Below are positions 56,958 through 64,000 of a DNA stretch of 64,000 bases, one piece after another. The notes beneath the pieces are model-generated. The model saw only the letters and a list, made by a program, of their open reading frames with translations, was not told where the DNA came from and ran no database searches. The translations under genes and the position numbers were made by a program. This stretch comes from an uncultured Candidatus Saccharibacteria bacterium (GTDB lineage: Bacteria > Patescibacteriota > Minisyncoccia > Phycocordibacterales > PALSA-1337), in NCBI GenBank assembly GCA_964542675.1, contig CAZIUH010000002.1:98-64097 (forward strand). The letters are read 5' to 3'. How positions within the stretch are numbered: position 1 is the stretch's first letter; each line of letters starts with the position of its first letter.

Positions 56958-58472
56958 TTATTCATTCACCTCCTGCCATGAAATCGTCTGGTATTGATCC
57001 GATGTCAGTGGAAATGAAGGTGGCGGCGAGTAAAGTAGATTGCTATCGTAAATAATATCGCGCAATGTATAACCGGTTTCATCGGTATAGGAAAAACCGT
57101 ATCTGCCTTTGGTCGCGATCATGCCGTAGAGAGTCAGTTCGGCACGACTAGCATAGCTACCGCAATCACTTGAATAATAATATCTACCCACTCGCCCATT
57201 TTGTGCCACAAGAGCGGCATCGATGCGCATAGTATTTTCACTTATGAGACCAATGTTTATATCACCCTGCGCGATGAGTCCGATAACATCTGAACCGTCA
57301 TAATTAGAATAGAGCAAATTCGTATTTACCGTAATATCACGATACTGACCGGGTGCCTCGGGAAAACGTCCGACGGCAATGGTTATTCTTGCGCCATCTA
57401 TCTTGCCACTGACCCAAATATGATCTTCAGCGAAGATCACACCATTCGCCGGAAACGGATAATTGGCTATGAATGTTTTTTCGCCTATACTCCATGAATT
57501 CCATCCATCCTGTTTTTGATCATTCTTACACTTTTTATCCACTGGTTCGAGAGATGTTACTTTGTAAAGATCGAAAGTGTCATTTGTTTTGAGTACAATA
57601 TCGTATCCTTGCGCGCCGGAAGCCGCAAGATATTTGCCGCCATTTTTTGATATTGTCTTCAATTGCGAGATATCCGCGGTCAAACCTTCAAAATCGACAA
57701 CTGGTACCGGAAATTGTCTGCCGGCCATGAATACGTCAGGACGATCCGGCGTGACCGCGGGCGACCTCGGGTCTCCATCGGGCCATGTCGCGTTTGACAC
57801 CGTGGTATACACGCCGAAAACATAACCTCCGGGATTTTCCGTATCATTGAATTTTTCTTTGGCGCTCGTCACAAGATTATGAGCTAGAGCGTCAAAACGA
57901 ACGCCATTATTGGAATGAATTGGACCATATATCTCTGTTCCCGATCCGAGACGAATGAAATCGTTAGCCACAATTGAATATTTCGCCAGTGACGGCACGG
58001 CCATAGTTGCCAGAATAGTTCTCTCAATTATCGAATCCGTCGTACTGGAATACACGGTTCCCTTTGATTTGATTTGTACGATATTTGTGCCAACTGCCGA
58101 CGGCGTAATAGTCAAATTAAACTGTCCGATAATATTACCGTCTGCGTCTTTCATATTATGAATGAAAGGTCCACTGCCGGAATCCATACCGTCGGAATAA
58201 TCCGTTGGCGCATGCGCCAAATGCCAACGATAATAATCAATTCCCGCTTCAGCGTTCTGGAATGCCTGCTCTCTAACGGCCATAACACGAGTCGTTTTTA
58301 ATATCAAGGCTCCCCAATTGACCAGAGCGATAGTGACAGTGATAGCGATTGCCGCAAAAATAATAACATTCACAAGGATTATTCCCCGCGTGGAGATTGT
58401 TTCGCGTTTCCGCGCAACTCTTTTCTCAAGATTTGAGATTTCGTTCCTAATATTTAATATTTGATCTTTCAT
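56958..58472 (-). CDS. pilus-associated membrane protein (N-terminal coiled coil + single TM, large extracellular domain)
   Basis: 504 aa. It sits at the distal end of the type IV pilus operon and has no canonical prepilin cleavage motif. Confidence 0.4.
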   Translation of the reverse strand: MKDQILNIRNEISNLEKRVARKRETISTRGIILVNVIIFAAIAITVTIALVNWGALILKTTRVMAVREQAFQNAEAGIDYYRWHLAHAPTDYSDGMDSGSGPFIHNMKDADGNIIGQFNLTITPSAVGTNIVQIKSKGTVYSSTTDSIIERTILATMAVPSLAKYSIVANDFIRLGSGTEIYGPIHSNNGVRFDALAHNLVTSAKEKFNDTENPGGYVFGVYTTVSNATWPDGDPRSPAVTPDRPDVFMAGRQFPVPVVDFEGLTADISQLKTISKNGGKYLAASGAQGYDIVLKTNDTFDLYKVTSLEPVDKKCKNDQKQDGWNSWSIGEKTFIANYPFPANGVIFAEDHIWVSGKIDGARITIAVGRFPEAPGQYRDITVNTNLLYSNYDGSDVIGLIAQGDINIGLISENTMRIDAALVAQNGRVGRYYYSSDCGSYASRAELTLYGMIATKGRYGFSYTDETGYTLRDIIYDSNLLYSPPPSFPLTSDQYQTISWQEVNE

Positions 58473-59152
58473 ATATTATCCTTCAAATTACGAAGAGAAA
58501 CTTGCGCCGAATAAGTAATCGGCATCGGTGATTTTTTCACGTCAGTATCTATCGTAATATTGATTCTAACAAGTCTGATCGCGTAAATCGCCGGTGGATA
58601 TGAAAGCGGTGATCCATTGCCATCGTATGAACTGTTGAAATATTCAAAAAGTGCGGATGATGTCGCGTTTCTGACGCCTGCGACGATAATATTCACGCTT
58701 TCACCGGACAAATCATATGTTTGCGAGGGCTCTGAGGGCTCGGTAATCCCGCGATATAAAGTCGTGGACGCGAGATAATATCGGATTTGTTCCTTCATGC
58801 CATTCCCGTTGATGTCAGAATAGAATGAAATGGAACTCGTAGAAACAGAGATGATTGGATATGAGCCGTTGGATGACGGTGACATTGTGCGCAATTCTCT
58901 ACTCATGTATTTCAAAATATTCGTCGCGTCCTGAATATTCGTGAGCGCAACATGCGAATGTCGATTGTAATCGAGAACGTTGTATTGGAACGTGGATACG
59001 GCGATCATAACGATAACCATGATGGAAATAACGACAACAATTTCAACAAGCGTCATGCCACGCTCTTTTCCGCTTGAAAATCCGATCATTGAATGTAATT
59101 TATTTATCATTTTATTTTTTCCCCAAGGTTCAACCCTCGGGATATATTTCAC
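58469..59152 (-). CDS. prepilin-type N-terminal cleavage/methylation domain protein (minor pilin/pseudopilin)
   Basis: G|MTLVEIVVVISIMVIVMIAV class III signal. The start is probably an internal Met. Confidence 0.7.
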   Translation of the reverse strand: MKYIPRVEPWGKNKMINKLHSMIGFSSGKERGMTLVEIVVVISIMVIVMIAVSTFQYNVLDYNRHSHVALTNIQDATNILKYMSRELRTMSPSSNGSYPIISVSTSSISFYSDINGNGMKEQIRYYLASTTLYRGITEPSEPSQTYDLSGESVNIIVAGVRNATSSALFEYFNSSYDGNGSPLSYPPAIYAIRLVRINITIDTDVKKSPMPITYSAQVSLRNLKDNI

Positions 59153-60939
59153 GGTCCCATCAATATTTGTGTTTCTCGCCAGTTCAAATCCGAGCCGATC
59201 GTAACTGAAGTTAAATTGGTAGAATAACCCGATTTTGACACCTCAATATTATAATCCCGCGCCAATAGACCCGTAAAAATAACTTGACCGGAGGGCACGC
59301 AATTTGAAGTGTAAGTAAAAGCAATATCGGAAATATTCGGCGAGACCGTTTCATCATCGGTGGCGAGATAGACGCGATATCTGGCATATCTGTCAGCATT
59401 ATGAACAGAGTTCAAAGAAGAATTTGAAGCGAGATAATAACTCGCGTCCGTGCCGTCAGGACCCTTGAATTTCCAAGTTGTCGTTGCCGTATTCGTGGCA
59501 TTCGTGGCAAATTGCATTCGCACGCTATTTATCCCCGCAAGAATCGGTTGATCTATAGGCGACCAAATCAGAGAAAAGAAATTACTGATTGAACCCGTGT
59601 CAAAGGTGGATGATTCAAGAATACCGCTTTGATTGTATTCATCAAACGCGCCGCGCAATCTGATCTGTCCAGCCGTCGTCGTAACATCAATGTTACCGTC
59701 ATCAGAAAAATATTTCGCTTTGTTGGAAAAATCCACTTCTCCAGAACCAGAAGACCAATCCGTTTGTGAGAGATATCCTTGTCCCGTTACCAATGTTCTT
59801 CCGGATTCTTCACCTTGATACAATCTGACGGTCGCGCCGGAAAGTGGCAATTGAGTGGTACTATCTTTGACCGTCACAACCAGACCTTTTTCTTCCTTCG
59901 GCGTCACTATCATCTGAATATTTTGTGAACCACCGGGATTCACGGCCACGAAATTCAATGGATTTATTCCTGACAAGAATCGTGTCGCATCATTCGAGGA
60001 AATGTTGTATGAATCCCATTCCATGGAGTTCAAGTCGAAAATCCCGGAGCTATTCGTCGTCATATTCTCGCTATATTTCGGAATATTTTCACCGATTTGT
60101 TTTGAACCGACCATCTTGAATCCAAAATTTGAAGCTGGTTCGCATGTTGGCGATACGGCGGAAAAATGGATAGTACTCAATCGATCGATCGCGAAACTCA
60201 CTTGCGTTACCCGTTGAAGCAAGATCGTTGAATCTGGTTTCGTAGGATTTGGATTGGATGGATCGCTTATCGGATATGTTCTGTCAGTGGAATAGCCACT
60301 TTTCGAAACAATAATCCTATAAGCATTGTCTCCGGGTGGAACGTCGACGAGTTGTAGCATGCCATTTGCGTCGGTTACATCATCGATCACAATAGTCGTA
60401 CTTGTCGCCACATTCACGACATGCACGGAAGCACCTTGAACAGGTTGGCCATTTGCGTCGAAAACGCGAATGAACAGCGCGCCGTTGACCGAGGCTGTTT
60501 CCAAATTTTTTGGCGCGACTTGCCCGACAAGCGTGATCGGCTGCATATTCTTGCAACCATCGCATGAAACTTCGACTTGAACCAGTTTATTATCCGCCGG
60601 AGAAAGATCACTCGGCGTACCACCGATGATGCCGTCGAAAGGTAGATCAATATTGCGTACTGTCGTTGTCACCGTGAATGTGATTCCTCCCCTCGTCAAG
60701 TTTTGTATGCGTGGAATATTTCCATTCGGAATACCGCCCACCACCCCAACCACGGCATAAGGCATATTCCGCGCGATTTCGAATTGTTCATTAGCGAGGT
60801 CCAATGCCAGCACTTTATTTTGATTGAGCGCGATAAGTTGGAACAAAGAAACATACGCGTTGTACGCGGCAATAGCGATAATCACGAAAACCGCCGTACC
60901 GACCAGAACTTCAACTAATGTGAATCCTTTTTTATTCAT
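59149..60939 (-). CDS. large type IV pilin-like protein (596 aa)
   Basis: MNKKGFTLVEVLVGTAVFVIIAIAAYNAY prepilin N-terminus, followed by a roughly 560-aa Thr/Ser/Gly-rich beta domain. Confidence 0.7.
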   Translation of the reverse strand: MNKKGFTLVEVLVGTAVFVIIAIAAYNAYVSLFQLIALNQNKVLALDLANEQFEIARNMPYAVVGVVGGIPNGNIPRIQNLTRGGITFTVTTTVRNIDLPFDGIIGGTPSDLSPADNKLVQVEVSCDGCKNMQPITLVGQVAPKNLETASVNGALFIRVFDANGQPVQGASVHVVNVATSTTIVIDDVTDANGMLQLVDVPPGDNAYRIIVSKSGYSTDRTYPISDPSNPNPTKPDSTILLQRVTQVSFAIDRLSTIHFSAVSPTCEPASNFGFKMVGSKQIGENIPKYSENMTTNSSGIFDLNSMEWDSYNISSNDATRFLSGINPLNFVAVNPGGSQNIQMIVTPKEEKGLVVTVKDSTTQLPLSGATVRLYQGEESGRTLVTGQGYLSQTDWSSGSGEVDFSNKAKYFSDDGNIDVTTTAGQIRLRGAFDEYNQSGILESSTFDTGSISNFFSLIWSPIDQPILAGINSVRMQFATNATNTATTTWKFKGPDGTDASYYLASNSSLNSVHNADRYARYRVYLATDDETVSPNISDIAFTYTSNCVPSGQVIFTGLLARDYNIEVSKSGYSTNLTSVTIGSDLNWRETQILMGP

Positions 60940-61023
60940 AATTCATAATTCGTAATTCAAAGGTTTATCAAAAAAAAGTTTGTGACCTAGTATTATGAAT
61001 TATGAATTATGAATTATGAATTA
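60935..61023. repeat. GAATTAN heptamer-array inverted pair (pilC–pilin spacer), with a 4x tandem TGAATTA
   Basis: TTCATAATTCATAATTCGTAATTC ... TATTATGAATTATGAATTATGAATTATGAATTAA. Confidence 0.75.
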
Positions 61024-62241
61024 AACCGCGTTCACTAAAGAATATATCGGTGAAATCATCGACACCGCGAAAAATCCGACCGCCGCCGCGATAATGACCA
61101 TAAGTATCGGCTCAATAACCGTTGACATATCCTTCGTCTTTTGATTTACGTCTTCTTCGTAATAACGCGCCACGCCTGTTAACATTTCCGAGATTTTACC
61201 CGTCTCTTCACCGACGCTCATCATTTCCGCCAAGAAAACCGGGTACAGATCCGAATTATCATTGAAGACTTTCGACATTAGATCTCCTTTTTTGATCGCT
61301 TCTTTGGCTTTCAATAGGACAGCGCGAAAATGTACATTCTGAACAACTTCACCAGTAATCTCGACGGATTCAATAACAGGAACACCGGCCGACAATAGAG
61401 AGGCGAGCGTTCTTGCCGTTCTCGCCGCGTTCACTTCCCGCACCAAGGTGCCGACAACGGGCGTTTTCAACATAAGTAAATGATTGAATCTTTTCCCTAT
61501 TTTCTGTTTTGACCACCAATACAAAGCGCCAACAAGCATGATCAATCCAATCAAAATCAATATTCCATAATGTTCCATGGCCGTACTTATTCCCAGAATA
61601 ATTCTAGTTGAAAGTGGCAGAGTCACATTCATTTCCGTGAATGTTTTCATGAGTGTTGGAATAACAAAGATTAACATGAGTATAGCTATGACAATCATGA
61701 TGAAGACAATAATCGTCGGATATATAAGCGCGCCGCGAACACGTCTTTCAAGGGCATATGAATTGTCCATCTGTTCAGCCACGATTTTGAGCGAATCGGC
61801 TAGTGTGCCGGACTGCTCACCGGCATGCGCCATGGAAATGAAAACTTGAGGAAAAACACGTGGATATTTCGCCAGCGAATCGGAAAATGTCATACCACGG
61901 CTTATCTCAGCCGTGATATTACCGAGAATTTTTTTGAATGTGTTATTATGGCTTTGCTTCTCCAAAACCGAAAGAGCGCGCGAAAGCGCCAACCCGGCTT
62001 CTAGCATTGACCCGAGATTACGCGCGAAATTGATTTTTTCAACAGTTCGCACGCGCTTGAATATTGCATTCCAATAAATATTCACGCGCGTGCCGCGCCC
62101 GGCTTTCTTCTCATTGACAGAAATTATTTCATCGCCGTCTTCCCTGATCAGACGATATAATTCAAAACGATCGGTGGCGTCTTTCTCGCTTGAATATATT
62201 TCCCCGTCGGGTTTTTTTGCTTTGAATATGAAATGGGACAT
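61021..62241 (-). CDS. pilC: type IV pilus assembly platform protein PilC (GspF family)
   Basis: Two T2SSF repeats and 3 TM. 406 aa. Confidence 0.85.
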   Translation of the reverse strand: MSHFIFKAKKPDGEIYSSEKDATDRFELYRLIREDGDEIISVNEKKAGRGTRVNIYWNAIFKRVRTVEKINFARNLGSMLEAGLALSRALSVLEKQSHNNTFKKILGNITAEISRGMTFSDSLAKYPRVFPQVFISMAHAGEQSGTLADSLKIVAEQMDNSYALERRVRGALIYPTIIVFIMIVIAILMLIFVIPTLMKTFTEMNVTLPLSTRIILGISTAMEHYGILILIGLIMLVGALYWWSKQKIGKRFNHLLMLKTPVVGTLVREVNAARTARTLASLLSAGVPVIESVEITGEVVQNVHFRAVLLKAKEAIKKGDLMSKVFNDNSDLYPVFLAEMMSVGEETGKISEMLTGVARYYEEDVNQKTKDMSTVIEPILMVIIAAAVGFFAVSMISPIYSLVNAV

Positions 62242-62257
62242 GATAGTTAATTGGGAA

Positions 62258-62370
62258 TATAAAAATTAAAAAATGACAATGTTAATATCGGCAATAAAGA
62301 CTGCCACTAGGCGTATTCGTGGATGTGATTAAATTATTTATTTTTACATTGTCTTTTTTCATTTTTAATT
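62258..62370. repeat. second intergenic inverted-repeat family, pilB–pilC spacer
   Basis: ATAAAAATTAAAAAATGACAATGTTAATA ... TTTTTACATTGTCTTTTTTCATTTTTAATT. Confidence 0.65.
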
Positions 62371-64000
62371 ATTCCGACACAACGCGCAAGACTTCCTCGA
62401 TCGTCGTCAATCCCGACACACATTTGAATATTCCATCTTCAATCATTGTGAGCATGCCTTCTTGTTTTGCCTGCGTCTCAATCTCGCCTGAAGTCGCGTT
62501 TTTCATAACCAGATCTTTGATGGACGGCGTCATATTCAAAACTTCGTGAATCCCAACGCGACCCTTGAATCCATCATCTTCGGCACCAACCACCGGCTTG
62601 TAAAATGATATTTTATTCCAATCTTCGGTCGACTTGATGATTTTTTCAGCTTTGAGAGCCGTGAGAACCCTATTCAAGTCAACAATTTTCGATAATTCAG
62701 CGAATTCGGCCTTTGTCAGAGAATATTTTTCTTTGGATTCAGTGAGACGGCGGACAAGTCTTTGGCCGATAATGATATCGAGAGTGGACACGAGCAAGAA
62801 TGATTCGGCTTTCATATCGAGCAATCGTGGAATGGCGCCAGCGGCAGAATTGGTATGCAAAGTGGAAAGCACGAGGTGGCCAGTAAGAGCGGCGTTAATA
62901 GCCAGTGAAGCGGTTTCTCCATCGCGGATTTCACCGACCATTATTATGTCCGGATCCTGACGCACGAGCGTGCGTATTCCCTGCGCGAATGAGAATCCGA
63001 TATCGGGTCGGACCTGTGTCTGGTTTATACGGGCCATTTGATACTCTATCGGGTCTTCAATCGTGGAAATATTCACGTCCGGTTTATTCAAAATATCGAG
63101 CATAGTATAGAGTGTGGTTGTTTTTCCAGAACCAGTAGGACCTGTCGTGAGTATCATGCCCGTGGTTTTATTGAGAGCCTTATGGATTCTTTCTAACGCC
63201 TCTCCGTGGAAACATAAAAATTCAAGCGTAAATCCGGAAATATTTTCGCGCAAAAGACGCATGACGGATTTCTCTCCGTAATATGTCGGTAAAATGGATA
63301 CGCGGAATGACACATTCTCGCCATTGACGTCTACTTTGAATCGGCCGTCTTGAGGCAAGCGTTTTTCGTCAAGTTTCAAATTGGACAGGACTTTTATGCG
63401 AGCGGTAATAGACGCGCCGGCGTGTTTGGGCAAAACCATGGCATCATGCAAGAGTCCGTCTATACGATATCTGACTAGGACTTGTTCTTCCATGGGTTCT
63501 ATGTGTATGTCGGAAGCGTTTTGAATGATGGCATGCTTCAAGAGAGTGTCTACTATGCGTACTACGGGCAAATCATCGGCGATTTTCTTCAAGTCAGCGG
63601 TGGACAGCGCCTCACCTTTTTCATCAGAAACCATTTTCAATGTTTCAGTTTCTTTCTGAATAATATCGCCGAATTCGGCTTTGAGACTTTTTTGATATTG
63701 CACAAGAGCTTCTTTTATGGAATCAGCGTCGGTCAGTCTCGGCAGAATTTTCAGATGAACTTTCTTTTTTATGAAATCAATCGCCGAGAGATCATTGACA
63801 TCCAGCATAGCGACCTCAAGAGACACATCGCTTTTCTTGAACGCGATAATGTTGTGCCCACGCGCTATGGGTTCTGGTATTAGCGATAATACTCCGCTCT
63901 CGATTTTCTTACCCTTTAGATCCACGAATGGTATTCCGAGTACATACGCCTGCATGCGCCGCAGATTATCCGCTGTTATTTTACCCTGAGTTACCAGAAT
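62369..64000 (-). CDS. pilB: type IV pilus assembly ATPase PilB (GspE family), 5' end runs off the window
   Basis: GPTGSGKTTTLYTML Walker A, Asp/His boxes. The N-terminal domain frame (…ITADNLRRMQAYVLGIPFVDL) stays open to the window edge. Confidence 0.85.
   Translation of the reverse strand: MLVTQGKITADNLRRMQAYVLGIPFVDLKGKKIESGVLSLIPEPIARGHNIIAFKKSDVSLEVAMLDVNDLSAIDFIKKKVHLKILPRLTDADSIKEALVQYQKSLKAEFGDIIQKETETLKMVSDEKGEALSTADLKKIADDLPVVRIVDTLLKHAIIQNASDIHIEPMEEQVLVRYRIDGLLHDAMVLPKHAGASITARIKVLSNLKLDEKRLPQDGRFKVDVNGENVSFRVSILPTYYGEKSVMRLLRENISGFTLEFLCFHGEALERIHKALNKTTGMILTTGPTGSGKTTTLYTMLDILNKPDVNISTIEDPIEYQMARINQTQVRPDIGFSFAQGIRTLVRQDPDIIMVGEIRDGETASLAINAALTGHLVLSTLHTNSAAGAIPRLLDMKAESFLLVSTLDIIIGQRLVRRLTESKEKYSLTKAEFAELSKIVDLNRVLTALKAEKIIKSTEDWNKISFYKPVVGAEDDGFKGRVGIHEVLNMTPSIKDLVMKNATSGEIETQAKQEGMLTMIEDGIFKCVSGLTTIEEVLRVVSE

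Noticed and set aside
60935-61023. CRISPR array suspected from tandem short repeats
   Set aside because: The repeats are 7-nt units without spacers, AT-only, and scattered as short arrays throughout operon junctions. There are no 24-40-nt repeat/spacer periodicity and no cas genes.

Overview
This window reads as an AT-rich bacterial chromosome segment. The missing L30 gene between rpsE and rplO, the split ComEC, the SWIB-domain protein and the type IV pilus genes suggest a small-genome Patescibacteria/CPR-type organism, but that is inference only. The core is the conserved str–S10–spc ribosomal supercluster on the minus strand, in the order rpsL, rpsG, fusA, tuf, rpsJ, rplC, rplD, rplW, rplB, rpsS, rplV, rpsC, rplP, rpmC, rpsQ, rplN, rplX, rplE, rpsZ, rpsH, rplF, rplR, rpsE, rplO, secY, adk, map. 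The cluster is interrupted at at least eight junctions by accessory genes: an EcoRI-like Type II restriction–modification pair, a Pif1-family helicase, a VirD4/TraD-like 952-aa ATPase, a MacAB/HlyD-like efflux block with histidine kinase, SWIB and VanY-like genes, an MFS transporter, a secreted Cys-repeat/peptidoglycan-binding protein, and an ORF6N gene broken by an in-frame TGA. The window also holds a tmRNA (ssrA) next to smpB, flanked by duplicated ssrA 3'-end fragments. Other genes present are ftsH, a phospholipase D-family protein, infC-rpmI-rplT, a beta-CASP nuclease, ndk, a split ComEC, rnhA, recJ, a HIT-family protein, pgk, tpiA and a type IV pilus cluster with pilB, pilC and very large pilin-like proteins. 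Two intergenic repeat families recur at gene junctions, one a GAATTAN heptamer array, and there are two long perfect inverted repeats and several structured, possibly riboswitch-like, intergenic elements. No rRNA, canonical tRNA or CRISPR array was found.
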